This document shows positions 29,409-39,093 of a stretch of 64,000 nt of DNA, piece by piece. A program made the position numbers and the translations under genes. The notes beneath the pieces are model-generated. The model searched no databases and was not told the origin of the DNA. It was given only the letters and a program-made list of their open reading frames with translations. The stretch comes from an uncultured bacterium (lineage in GTDB: Bacteria; Patescibacteriota; Minisyncoccia; UBA6257; GWB1-50-10): positions 3,717 to 67,716 of the forward strand of contig CAIKKG010000031.1 of the NCBI GenBank assembly GCA_903827975.1. Direction: 5' to 3'. Numbering within the stretch: the stretch's first letter is position 1; each line of letters starts with the position of its first letter.

Positions 29409-30247
29409 GAGGATAGAATTTCAATATTTTTCTTATCGGATCCCTCGCCATCAAACCCAGGAACCTCCAATATCCAAGCCTTGTCATGTAATCGCGAATC
29501 ACTAGCAAGTGCTTCAAATCCATTAATACCTATGTGACCCTCTCCTATATTTTCGTGCTTGTCGTGATTTGAATTTGATATAGTTTTAGAATCATTAGCG
29601 TGAATTGCAACAATATTCTCTATTCCCAACTTTTTATCAAACTCATCAAATAACTTCTTAACACTCTCCTTCGTATACGACTCTACTAGCCCTGCCTCAA
29701 ACCCATGTGCTGTGTCATAACAAACCTTTACTCGTGGCGAATTTACCGAATTCAGCAATCGCGCGATATCAGAAATCTCCGCCCCGATCTTATCTCCACC
29801 ACCAGCGGTATTTTCCATAATTAGCTGTGTACCACCAGGAACTGTGCTAAGCACCTTTTTAATTGCCAAGACCTCTCTCTCAAACCCTTCATCTCGATCA
29901 CCGCCTTTTGTAGAGCCTAGATGAAAGATGACGCCCTCTGCTCCGATTACATCAGCTATCTTTAAATGGTCCACTAAGCTCTGAATTGAGAATGAATATA
30001 TATCAGGTGAAGAGCTTGCTAGATTTACTAAGTATGCTGAATGTAAAAAAACCTTTTTTATTGAACTTTTGCCGAGCACCTTCTTGTATTCCGCTACCTC
30101 ATCTGCGAGTGGCATTCTGGTTCTCCACATTCTTGGTGATGAACCAAAAATCTGCATTGTTTGTGCCCCAATCCTTTCGGCATTTTCGACGCAAACAGAT
30201 AACCCCCCAGAAATATGTGCTCCTATTATTGGTTTCATTACTTTCAT
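29390..30247 (-). CDS. nfo: Endonuclease IV (AP endonuclease, xylose-isomerase-like TIM barrel)
   Basis: 'IGAHIS..GG' N-terminus and the Nfo pattern of His/Asp/Glu metal ligands. Confidence 0.8.
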   Translation of the reverse strand: MKVMKPIIGAHISGGLSVCVENAERIGAQTMQIFGSSPRMWRTRMPLADEVAEYKKVLGKSSIKKVFLHSAYLVNLASSSPDIYSFSIQSLVDHLKIADVIGAEGVIFHLGSTKGGDRDEGFEREVLAIKKVLSTVPGGTQLIMENTAGGGDKIGAEISDIARLLNSVNSPRVKVCYDTAHGFEAGLVESYTKESVKKLFDEFDKKLGIENIVAIHANDSKTISNSNHDKHENIGEGHIGINGFEALASDSRLHDKAWILEVPGFDGEGSDKKNIEILSSCFKGS

Positions 30248-30268
30248 TTACTTTATTATAATACAAAA

Positions 30269-31471
30269 TTACTTAAATAATTCCCGCCCCCGCAAACTCT
30301 TGTGATATGAGATAGCAAACCTATGTGCCTCGTCTCGGACCTTAATTAGAGTTTCAATATTAAAAGCGCTTGGGAGCTTGCCTATAAGTTCATTCTTTTT
30401 TCGCTCAGCCCCTTTTGCAAGTCCAACCACTGGAATAGTTAGCCCACTTTCGCGTAAGACATTATTTGCTACATTAACCTGCCCTATTCCGCCATCAATT
30501 AAGATTAAGTCTGGTAATGTCCAATTATTTTTAAATCTTCTAGTTAAAACCTCGCGCAACATAGCAATATCATTCGGGCCCGTAACAGTCTGAATTTTAA
30601 ACTTCCTATATTCATTTCTATCAGACTCATTATTAGTAAAAACAACCATTGAACCAACTGCGGATGTTCCAGATATATTTGATATATCATACCCCTCTAT
30701 ACGTATTCTTTTGCTTACTTCGCCTGAATCAGAGCGTATCTCATCATCATTAATTAGTGCGGTATCCTGAATATGCTGAAGAGCAAATATTTTTCTTTTT
30801 ATAATTTCAGCACTTTCATATTCCTCTTTCTTACTTAATACGCTCATTTCTTTCTTAAATTTCTCAATAACAACCTCCTTCTTACCGCTAAAAAATAATG
30901 AGAGTTTTGAGATTGTTCTAGCATAATCTCTTTTTGAGATTGCATTAATACAAACACCAGGACATATTCCTACTTCAAAATCAAAACATGGTTTTTTATA
31001 TTTACCAATTTTCTCAGGATCATGAGTGTGCCAAGGAAATATCTTACGCAAAATTCTAAGCGCCTCGCGCACGCTTGATGCTGAAACAAATGGTCCAAAT
31101 TTTTTCTTGTTCTTTATTTCTGAAATATTTTTACCCCTCGCCAAAAGAACACGTGGAAATTCCTCATCCGTTATTACAACATAGAGAAAACTCTTGTCAT
31201 CCTTCTCTCTTATATTAAATGGAGGCTCGTGTTTCTTAATTAGGGTTGATTCTAGTATCAATGCCTCGAGCGCGGTATCCGTCTGTTTATAATCTACTTC
31301 GCGTATTAGGCTAACTAATTTTTGAATGCGCGCATCATGTGGACGCAAAAAATAACTCGAAACCCTACGCTTTAGATTTCCAGCCTTTCCTATATATAGA
31401 ATCTCCCCCTTTTCATTCTTCATGAAATAAACTCCAGGAGTCTCAGGTATGTGCTCGTATAGCGTCTTCAT
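30269..31471 (-). CDS. uvrC: Excinuclease ABC subunit C, short form (GIY-YIG plus RNase-H-like endonuclease domain, no HhH)
   Basis: 'GVYFMKNEKGEILYIGKAGNLKRRVSSYF' GIY-YIG; C-terminal 'ILIDGGIGQVNV' UvrC endonuclease domain. Confidence 0.8.
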   Translation of the reverse strand: MKTLYEHIPETPGVYFMKNEKGEILYIGKAGNLKRRVSSYFLRPHDARIQKLVSLIREVDYKQTDTALEALILESTLIKKHEPPFNIREKDDKSFLYVVITDEEFPRVLLARGKNISEIKNKKKFGPFVSASSVREALRILRKIFPWHTHDPEKIGKYKKPCFDFEVGICPGVCINAISKRDYARTISKLSLFFSGKKEVVIEKFKKEMSVLSKKEEYESAEIIKRKIFALQHIQDTALINDDEIRSDSGEVSKRIRIEGYDISNISGTSAVGSMVVFTNNESDRNEYRKFKIQTVTGPNDIAMLREVLTRRFKNNWTLPDLILIDGGIGQVNVANNVLRESGLTIPVVGLAKGAERKKNELIGKLPSAFNIETLIKVRDEAHRFAISYHKSLRGRELFK

Positions 31472-31580
31472 TGTGTAATATATAAAACTATATATGTGTG
31501 TACCCTAGTTTGCAAAATATACTGTGTGTGCTTTTATGAGTATAGTTTTTTAACATATAACACATCCTAAGGGAGGAAGT

Positions 31581-32201
31581 ATGCGTGGAACCATGAAACT
31601 AATCATGGGCAATATGTTCGCCGGTAAAACAACCGAGCTTATTACCAGAATTGATATCATGCGGAAGCATGGTCGTAAGAAGGTTCTAATTTTGAAACCA
31701 TCTATAGACACGAGAAGTGGCGCTGGTAAAATTAAGAATTTTCATGGAAGAGCAATGGATGCGATTGAAATTCCAATAAACCACGCTAAGTCTGTTCTTC
31801 AGGCCGTACACGAAGAAGAACTACGAGTTGGAAATAAGTTTGATGTAATTGCAATTGATGAAGTTCAGTTTTTCACATTCCGCTCTGGTATATATCGAAT
31901 AATAAATGAACTTCTTGAAAACGAATACGACGTGATTGCCGCTGGTCTACGACTTGATTTCCGAGGCGAACCATTCGGCTCTACGTTAGACCTTGTAGGT
32001 CTTTGTGAGGGAATGCACAATGTAACACTCCTTTCCTCTTTCTGCACAATGTGCGGAAAGCCAGCTCACCTTCCACAACGCTTAATAGACGGTGATCCAG
32101 CCCCATATGAGTCAACTCAGATTCAGGTTGGTGGTAAGGAAAGCTACGAAGCGCGGTGCTATGAGTGCCACAAACTCCCAGGCAGACCAAGTGTTCAATA
32201 A
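31581..32201 (+). CDS. tdk: Thymidine kinase
   Basis: P-loop 'GNMFAGKTTEL'; C-terminal Zn ribbon 'CTMCGK...CYEC'; GGGAGG SD. Confidence 0.9.
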   Translation: MRGTMKLIMGNMFAGKTTELITRIDIMRKHGRKKVLILKPSIDTRSGAGKIKNFHGRAMDAIEIPINHAKSVLQAVHEEELRVGNKFDVIAIDEVQFFTFRSGIYRIINELLENEYDVIAAGLRLDFRGEPFGSTLDLVGLCEGMHNVTLLSSFCTMCGKPAHLPQRLIDGDPAPYESTQIQVGGKESYEARCYECHKLPGRPSVQ

Positions 32202-32204
32202 TTT

Positions 32205-32235
32205 AATCCCCCACAACAAGTGGGGGATTTTTATT
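32205..32235. terminator. Bidirectional terminator (tdk / SIMPL gene)
   Basis: TCCCCCCAC-aacaa-GTGGGGGA followed by TTTTT. Confidence 0.7.
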
Positions 32236-32971
32236 ATGGAACAAGTTCAAATGAAACAGTCACTGTAGCGCTAGCTTCCTTTTCTTTCGTTGAAAGATCG
32301 TATGCCCCATAATCCGCAACATCCATTGAGTTCGTAGCTAGAAGCTGAATCACTCCAGTCTTAGCTGTTCGAAGCGCACCAACTTTAACACCCGTTCCCT
32401 CAGCAATTGCTTTCGCACGTGTTTCCGCATCTTTAGTAGCGTCAGCAAAAAGCTTTGGCCTAAGTTCAGCAAGTTTCGTATATAGATAATCCGTATGTTG
32501 GTATTCAGCAACAATTCCAAGATCAACCAAACCCTTTGCATTTATTGCCAGGTCATCAATTTTTGTAATATCTCCACTCTCAACCCTAACCTCCTGCCTA
32601 ACGTTATACCCTATTACATCCTGACCACCATACCCGTTTTTTCCTTGGTCATACACTGGGTCTGTTTGAATAGGAAGCAATGTTATTGAACTAGCATCGA
32701 TACCTCGAGCAACGATAAACTGCTTAATTTTCTCGCCGTTTGAACTCGCCTTTTCTAGTATATCTTTTAGATTGCTTAAGTCTGCTCTCAGTGTGAAGTT
32801 CGCGCTCCACTTTGCAAGGTCTGCTGTTACGTGTGTTTTCGATGAACCAGTAACTGTTATTGTGTTTGTTGTTCTATTAGAAGAAATAAAAAATCCAAGG
32901 ACACTCAGACCCGCAACAAGCGAGACACCCAAGATAACTGCGGACCACACATTTTTATTATTTTCTTGCAT
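32234..32971 (-). CDS. SIMPL-domain (DUF541) periplasmic protein
   Basis: N-terminal TM or signal peptide plus SIMPL-like beta-rich domain. Confidence 0.6.
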   Translation of the reverse strand: MQENNKNVWSAVILGVSLVAGLSVLGFFISSNRTTNTITVTGSSKTHVTADLAKWSANFTLRADLSNLKDILEKASSNGEKIKQFIVARGIDASSITLLPIQTDPVYDQGKNGYGGQDVIGYNVRQEVRVESGDITKIDDLAINAKGLVDLGIVAEYQHTDYLYTKLAELRPKLFADATKDAETRAKAIAEGTGVKVGALRTAKTGVIQLLATNSMDVADYGAYDLSTKEKEASATVTVSFELVP

Positions 32972-33019
32972 AATGTTTTATTCCTATAATTATAACACTT
33001 ACACACGCAAACCTCGCGT

Positions 33020-34066
33020 CTAAATTATTTGCTCCCATGGAAACCCTTCCTTTCCGAAATGACCGTACGTCGCAGTTTTCTGAAAAATTGGACTTCTCAA
33101 ATTGAGTCTTTCAATAATTGCACTTGGTCTAAAGTCAAAATTCTTTTTTAAAATTTCAGAATAATCATTTCCAAACTCATCAATTGCCGAAAGCATAACG
33201 GGCTCAGCACGTCCTATTGCATACGCAACTGAAACCAGACACTCATTACAATCACCTCGCGCAACAATATTCTTTGCTGCAAAGCGGCACATATATGCGG
33301 CGCTCCTATCTACCTTTGTTGCGTCTTTTCCTGAGAATGCGCCACCACCATGAGGAACTAGACCGCAATATGTATCAACCATAAGCTTACGCCCAGTGAG
33401 ACCAGTGTCAGCACCAAATCCTCCGGATTCAAAATTTCCAGTTGGATTAGTTAGTATTTCTATATCTGAAATATCGCCGATTACTGGAACAATTATTTTA
33501 CTTACCAAATTATTTCTAATCTCCTGTTGTGAAATTCCGCTCTTATGTTGTGTACTTATAAGTACGGAAGATATTTTCCCATCATTAATAGAAATCTGTG
33601 TTTTTCCATCTGGCATAAGCCAAGGAAGTTTTTCTGTTTCTCTAGCGCTCTGAAGTAGACTGGCGAGTGCATGAACATTCACAACTGCACGAGGCAAAAA
33701 TTCTTTTGTCTCATTTGTGGCAAACCCATACATCATTCCCTGATCTCCAGCACCTCCAGTATCTACACCCTGCGAAATATCAGGCGACTGCGTGACCACG
33801 TTCACCAACACGCGAAGTGTGTCATCATAACCAATCTCCCTATATACATCTTTCGCAATCTTCTCATAATCTACGATCGCATTTGTGGTTATCTCACCCC
33901 CTATAACTAAAAGACCATGCCCTCCAAAAACCTCAACTGCCACACGACTCATTTTATCCTGCCTCAAACACTCATCAAGAATCGCATCAGCAATCTGATC
34001 ACATATCTTATCTGGATGTCCACTAGTTACACTTTCAACCGCATATTGTTTTGCTTTATTAAACAT
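33020..34066 (-). CDS. metK: S-adenosylmethionine synthetase
   Basis: 'ESVTSGHPDKICDQIADAILD', 'GGGAFSGKD' MetK signatures. Confidence 0.9.
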   Translation of the reverse strand: MFNKAKQYAVESVTSGHPDKICDQIADAILDECLRQDKMSRVAVEVFGGHGLLVIGGEITTNAIVDYEKIAKDVYREIGYDDTLRVLVNVVTQSPDISQGVDTGGAGDQGMMYGFATNETKEFLPRAVVNVHALASLLQSARETEKLPWLMPDGKTQISINDGKISSVLISTQHKSGISQQEIRNNLVSKIIVPVIGDISDIEILTNPTGNFESGGFGADTGLTGRKLMVDTYCGLVPHGGGAFSGKDATKVDRSAAYMCRFAAKNIVARGDCNECLVSVAYAIGRAEPVMLSAIDEFGNDYSEILKKNFDFRPSAIIERLNLRSPIFQKTATYGHFGKEGFPWEQII

Positions 34067-34222
34067 AAAACTTCCTTGAAGGGAAGTTGTTTTTTGTACG
34101 ACGATATCTCCCCCTTTCGGGCTGGACGAAGCACTTTATCCTTAATCCTGCTGTGGATTTTAAACAAGTTGCTGATGGGTCACTGAGCCAGTGCTCTCGC
34201 CATACTCTTGATAGCTAACTAT
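34067..34222 (-). promoter_or_regulatory. SAM-I (S-box) riboswitch in the metK leader, with an SD-sequestering hairpin
   Basis: Minus-strand read 'CUAUCAAGAGUAUGGCGAGAGCACUGGCUCAGUGACCCAUCAGCAACUUG...GGAUAAAG' matches the SAM-I consensus (UCAAGAG..GG.GAGGGACUGGCCC.AUGA..CC.GCAACC); the hairpin AACUUCCCUUCAAGGAAGUU covers the SD AAGGAAG 5 nt before the AUG. Confidence 0.75.
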
Positions 34223-34271
34223 TAAATTGTGACTCTACTATAACATGAAAAAACTTTTTTGAATATTAATT

Positions 34272-34613
34272 TTAAAGTCCTTGTGTGTTTGTTATATCAA
34301 GTAATGAGTTATAGGACTGTTCAAAAAAACTCTTAACAGCTAAATATCCAAAAACTAATGAGAGAATCGTTAGTCCAAGTGAAATAGCTCCAATAATTTT
34401 TGACTTCATATCGGGCTGTTTCAGATACGTGTACGCATACCCGAGCCCGAATGGTGCAAGAAAAAGACTTACAAAATATATAAGTATTTGTTTTGTAATA
34501 GAGACGTCCGTAGGTTTCGCACGTAGAATAGTTCCGCAATTAGCGCAAAAATATGCCTCTTCGGAAACCTCAGTATTACACTTAGGACAATGCTTCTTAA
34601 TTAATTCTGCCAT
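34272..34613 (-). CDS. Small zinc-ribbon membrane protein
   Basis: 'CPKCNTEV...CANCG' zinc ribbon followed by 2 TM helices. Confidence 0.5.
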   Translation of the reverse strand: MAELIKKHCPKCNTEVSEEAYFCANCGTILRAKPTDVSITKQILIYFVSLFLAPFGLGYAYTYLKQPDMKSKIIGAISLGLTILSLVFGYLAVKSFFEQSYNSLLDITNTQGL

Positions 34614-34703
34614 TATTTTATAAGTGTAGCACGAAATTATTCCATATTCATGATGGAAAAAATGTTTTCCTCAACTAATGGTGGGTATTTCAATATAGGC
34701 AGG

Positions 34704-36530
34704 CTACCTAATAATTTCTGTGGTCTTTGATAATGTGCTTCTAGGAATTTCAATATTAAGTAAATCGGCTGTTTTTTGATTTACATATATTAATGGTCGC
34801 GTGACCGTTTCTGTTTCAATAGAGCTTGGTGATACTCCCTCTAAAATAAGCGCCGCCTTCTCTCCTGCCATTTTACCAATTTCATAAAGGTCGGCTACTG
34901 CACCAAGAAGATCTCCATTCATTGGTCCACTGTTGTTACATGAAAAGGACGGAATCTTATTTTTTTGTGCAAATGCAATTATAGTTTTCTCAGCCTCTCC
35001 CTGCACAAGTGTGTCGCATGCAGAAAAAATACTACCCACCTTTGCAGAGTTAAGTGCTACTTCTAATTCAGAAAGGTCGTGCCCTGCAATTTCAACCACT
35101 TTAATTCCGTATGGCTTTGCAGCAACGCGCATCTCACCAAGTTGTATTGTTGAATTAACCTCTCCATCGCGATGAACAAAACCAATTGAACGCACATCAG
35201 GAACTAATTCCCTAAATACTGAAAGTTGGTATTCAATTGGCACCCAATTACGTGTACCAACAAGATTATTTTCTGAATGAATTAATGATTTTATAACGCC
35301 TGCCTCAACTGGGTATGTAACGACTGAGAAAACTATTGGAATATTTGGTACATTATTCTTAAGAATTAGAGTTCCTGGTGTGGTTAAAGAATATATAAGG
35401 CTTACTTTTTTTTCGTTAAATGAATTAGCAATTTCTTTCTGACGATTTGCATCAGCATCTGCAACCTTAAGGTCATATACAACATAGCTACCTTCGGCAT
35501 ATCCTGCCTCAGCTAACCCATCCTTAAAACCCTGAATGTTTTTATCATAAGATGTATTACCTACTGGCACCCAACGCGATATACCAATAACCAATGGCTT
35601 TCTTGTGGGAAGTTTCTTGAATACCACACCAAATATAACCAAGCCAACTAATACTAATATAATAAACGAGCCAATAACTTTGACCCTTCTCGAAGCGTGC
35701 CTTCCTATAAAAATTAACCCGAGAAGTAAAAATAGTATGGCTGGTCCAAACTCCGACATGAGAATTCTTATTCTTTGTGCGTCAGCATTTTTTGCCTGAG
35801 CGTCAATACTAGTTTCTGTATAACGGTTACGAAATGTGTTCCAAGGATTTATCCGTTCCTTTGTTTTTTGATCATAAAAATAAGCACTTGCCTGGTCTGC
35901 ATAACTCACAAGCCAACCAGATACTGGTTCAATCCAAAGTGTCAATTTAACATCAAGGGTTACTCCACGCTCCTTAGGCACTCCTGGTAAATATGATAAC
36001 GTCTCGGTCTGATCTGATATAAACTCGGAAGTAAACCGATATGTATTAACTCCGTCTATTACCTCCTCACCGCTAAAAACCATTTTAACCGGTTCATCAT
36101 AACTAATGTGCTTATAATAAAATGTATCATTTTTTGAAATATTTCTAGGTCCGAAAATATATCCACTAACTCCTTTAGGAGTAATCTGTTTCCATGAATA
36201 CTGGTCAAGACTTAAATCATGTCTAAGAGAAATTATCTCCTCACCTGAAGTCGAGCGCACATCAAAAATGCCGTTAATGTCTGCCTTTCCGTTATTATTG
36301 CCCTTTATACTATATTCAAAAAGAGTTGTAGATCGATTTTCGCCGGAAAATGCCTTTGTTTTCTCATTATATAAATTATCAACTGAAATAACGTCCGCTG
36401 AGTAATGGAAATCCGCTGGAACTCGGAAAAAATATGGGGTTAAAACAAAATAGGAAAGTATAAAAATTAGAATCGTTAAGAGTGCGACACCAACTGAATA
36501 TAATAAATTTGTTTTTGTATCTTGAGACAT
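34704..36530 (-). CDS. Membrane protein with a C-terminal periplasmic-binding-protein-like domain (ABC-type substrate-binding fold, COG2984-like)
   Basis: N-terminal TM, mid TM, C-terminal half resembling a type I PBP substrate-binding domain. Confidence 0.5.
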   Translation of the reverse strand: MSQDTKTNLLYSVGVALLTILIFILSYFVLTPYFFRVPADFHYSADVISVDNLYNEKTKAFSGENRSTTLFEYSIKGNNNGKADINGIFDVRSTSGEEIISLRHDLSLDQYSWKQITPKGVSGYIFGPRNISKNDTFYYKHISYDEPVKMVFSGEEVIDGVNTYRFTSEFISDQTETLSYLPGVPKERGVTLDVKLTLWIEPVSGWLVSYADQASAYFYDQKTKERINPWNTFRNRYTETSIDAQAKNADAQRIRILMSEFGPAILFLLLGLIFIGRHASRRVKVIGSFIILVLVGLVIFGVVFKKLPTRKPLVIGISRWVPVGNTSYDKNIQGFKDGLAEAGYAEGSYVVYDLKVADADANRQKEIANSFNEKKVSLIYSLTTPGTLILKNNVPNIPIVFSVVTYPVEAGVIKSLIHSENNLVGTRNWVPIEYQLSVFRELVPDVRSIGFVHRDGEVNSTIQLGEMRVAAKPYGIKVVEIAGHDLSELEVALNSAKVGSIFSACDTLVQGEAEKTIIAFAQKNKIPSFSCNNSGPMNGDLLGAVADLYEIGKMAGEKAALILEGVSPSSIETETVTRPLIYVNQKTADLLNIEIPRSTLSKTTEIIR

Positions 36531-36702
36531 ATATTGTTATTTTAGTTAGTAAAATGCACAGCGCCCATTATAAAAACTATAACATAATCAATATGCTAAA
36601 AAGTCTGAAAAATATGTGTATTTGTGGACATTAGAGTTTTTTAAAATATCTCACTTCGTTGAAAAAGAAACTGGTTTGTCGTACAATCACAAAGCATCAA
36701 AT

Positions 36703-36787
36703 GGAGGGGTCGCATAGTGGTCTAGTGCGCAGTCCTGGAAAGACTGTATACCGCAAGGTATCGAGGGTTCAAATCCCTCCCCCTCCG
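36703..36787 (+). tRNA. tRNA-Ser (anticodon GGA), class II with a long variable arm
   Basis: Acceptor GGAGGGG/CCCCTCC, D-stem GCA/TGC, anticodon stem CAGTC/GACTG with loop CTGGAAA, variable arm hairpin ATACC-gcaa-GGTAT, T-arm GAGGG-TTCAAAT-CCCTC. Confidence 0.85.
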
Positions 36788-36943
36788 CAATTATATTAAA
36801 ACCACTTTCGCATAGGAGATGGGTTTAATATAACCATGGAAATAGGCTGGATTAGAACTTGTTCAAATCTTCACTATTTTCTTAATGAGTGTTCAAATTT
36901 AGAAAACAGCAATGCCGCGTAATCGTGCCCCCTCATCCACCAA

Positions 36944-37405
36944 ATGAATAAATTTATGAAAATTGCGGTGCAGGAAGCCGCCAAAGGAGTGAAAGCAAAT
37001 GATGGCGGTCCTTTTGGTGCTGTAATAGTTAAAAATGGAAAGGTGGTTGCAAGAGGTCATAACATGGTTGTTATTTCAAATGACCCAACCGCACACGCAG
37101 AAGTAACTGTGATTAGGAATGCAACAGCAAAATTAAAATGTTTTGATCTTTCGGACTGTGAGCTATATACCAGTTGTGAACCGTGCCCGATGTGCTTATC
37201 AGCTATCTACTGGGCAAAATTTAAAAAAATATATTTTGGTGCAACACGAAAAGACGCGGCAAATATAGGCTTTGACGATAAGTTTATTTATGATGTATTG
37301 GAAAAAAATACAAAACCAAGCGTCGTACTTAAGCCCTTAGACAGAAAGGAATGTGTAAAACCAATGGATGTCTGGAAGAAAAAAATAGATAAAGTACAGT
37401 ACTAA
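36944..37405 (+). CDS. CDA-fold nucleoside/nucleotide deaminase (TadA / GuaD-like)
   Basis: 'HAEVTVI' and 'CEPCPMC' zinc-binding deaminase motifs. Confidence 0.8.
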   Translation: MNKFMKIAVQEAAKGVKANDGGPFGAVIVKNGKVVARGHNMVVISNDPTAHAEVTVIRNATAKLKCFDLSDCELYTSCEPCPMCLSAIYWAKFKKIYFGATRKDAANIGFDDKFIYDVLEKNTKPSVVLKPLDRKECVKPMDVWKKKIDKVQY

Positions 37406-37408
37406 AAT

Positions 37409-37442
37409 AAAAGCCGCCTCTCGTTTGGGAGGCGGTTTTAGT
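37409..37442. terminator. Bidirectional terminator
   Basis: AAAAGCCGCCTC-tcgtttg-GGAGGCGGTTTT. Confidence 0.7.
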
Positions 37443-37448
37443 ATTCTG

Positions 37449-37928
37449 CTATTTTACCGTGTAATTAACAGTCTTTGCTTTTACTCCATCTATATAAAAT
37501 GAAAGTGAGTAATCTCCTACATTTCTTGATTTTTCCGGTGAAAGAATCCAGTTAAAATGAAATGACTTTATTCCGTCCTCTGTTACGTGTGAAACCTTAG
37601 AATCAATATACTTTCCGTTAAATGTTCGTATATATGATATTGGTGTTCTCGCAAAAAAATTATCTAAAGAAAGTACTGCATATATATTGTCTGTTCTTCC
37701 GAATTCATTAATAGCTGAATCAATTGTTCCACTTGCATTCAATACATTGCCCATTTTTATTTCTAAAATAGCTGGACTTGTTGTGGTTGCTACTAATGTT
37801 GATGTAGCAATTTGTTGAACAGGCAACTGAACAGGCGCTGAGCTCAACTGCATAAATGCTATAAATAAAACGCCAATCACAGAGACTACCATTATTGCTG
37901 ATGAGATGTATTTTGTTGAATCTTCCAT
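37449..37928 (-). CDS. Hypothetical secreted or membrane-anchored protein
   Basis: N-terminal hydrophobic segment; no family recognised. Confidence 0.4.
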   Translation of the reverse strand: MEDSTKYISSAIMVVSVIGVLFIAFMQLSSAPVQLPVQQIATSTLVATTTSPAILEIKMGNVLNASGTIDSAINEFGRTDNIYAVLSLDNFFARTPISYIRTFNGKYIDSKVSHVTEDGIKSFHFNWILSPEKSRNVGDYSLSFYIDGVKAKTVNYTVK

Positions 37929-37937
37929 AGTATTTAC

Positions 37938-38360
37938 TTACTGCGTGCCATTATCTAGACCTCCACGTGATGGGTTCGAATTATTGTTCCCGGCTATAGA
38001 CTCACCCGCATAACTCTCAGGACTCTCCAAATCAACCTGAATATTAATCTGCTTCTTAATTTCTACAAATGATTTCTCACCTTCAAGTAAAATATTATTT
38101 CCATATTTATCTCCGGCACTTTTAATATCAGCAAAATCAATTTCACTTAACATCTGCCTAATATCAACCCCGGTCTCTAAATCTTTTTTTAGTTTTTGAA
38201 TATCTAACTCGAAATCATTCGTTGAACTTTGTGGAACTACGGCTGATTCCGTTGATGTTACAGAACTCGTTTGAGCATTAGCAAAAAATCCTACCCCGCT
38301 CCAAGCTGGTATAAATATTGCGATGAACAAAATAATGTAGCTCTTTAATTTCATTTCCAA
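37938..38360 (-). CDS. Hypothetical secreted protein
   Basis: Signal-peptide-like N-terminus; no family recognised. Confidence 0.4.
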   Translation of the reverse strand: MEMKLKSYIILFIAIFIPAWSGVGFFANAQTSSVTSTESAVVPQSSTNDFELDIQKLKKDLETGVDIRQMLSEIDFADIKSAGDKYGNNILLEGEKSFVEIKKQINIQVDLESPESYAGESIAGNNNSNPSRGGLDNGTQ

Positions 38361-38393
38361 GATACATTTATTATAGCAAAACAGATATTAAAA

Positions 38394-39083
38394 TTAGTGA
38401 ACAATCGTACCATCAAACTCCTCACCCTTCAAAAGATTCTCCATGTTCATCATATTTCGCCCATCAAGAACAATCGTGGCAATTTTCTTTGCTTTACCAA
38501 ACTTCGCAGCAACAGGATCAATCGGTAAATTTGCTCCGGGTTCCCATTTGTGAGGAACAAGCTTCCAATACTCAGTCCATTTCATTTCTTTAAAAGGCCT
38601 TGCATCAATAAATTGATCTGGATTCTTGTCATATATAAAAGCTGGCCTACCCGCCATAACTACAGCTCCAGCACCAAACTGCTCTGCAAGAACCATACAA
38701 ACATAATCTGTTGAGGCGCCAGGCTCCCAACCACATGCCACTGTTACCTTATTGGTTAACTTTTTTATTTTTTTCGGTTCGTCAAACAAAACTGGGTCAG
38801 CAATTTTACCAAATATTGTTTGAATTAGTTTTGCATTTGCACGAGTTGCGTATATACCAAGCCAATCACTTTCTTTAATTGAGATTGGTTTAATACTCTT
38901 TGCAGCGTCTTGAAATCTACGCGCAAGCTTTCCACCACCCATCACAATTATAAATTTGTGAGTCTTAGAATATTTTTCAACCAATAATTTCCAATCCTTG
39001 AGTAATTTAACGTCAATTTCATTCTGGAAAACAACTGAACCACCAAGACCCAAAACTATTAAGTTTCCTAATTTGTAATTCAT
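38394..39083 (-). CDS. Amino-acid-kinase-family protein (archaeal-type UMP kinase-like)
   Basis: 'LIVLGLGGSVV' N-terminal nucleotide-binding motif of the carbamate/UMP kinase fold; ~229 aa. Confidence 0.5.
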   Translation of the reverse strand: MNYKLGNLIVLGLGGSVVFQNEIDVKLLKDWKLLVEKYSKTHKFIIVMGGGKLARRFQDAAKSIKPISIKESDWLGIYATRANAKLIQTIFGKIADPVLFDEPKKIKKLTNKVTVACGWEPGASTDYVCMVLAEQFGAGAVVMAGRPAFIYDKNPDQFIDARPFKEMKWTEYWKLVPHKWEPGANLPIDPVAAKFGKAKKIATIVLDGRNMMNMENLLKGEEFDGTIVH

Positions 39084-39093
39084 ATTTATCTAA

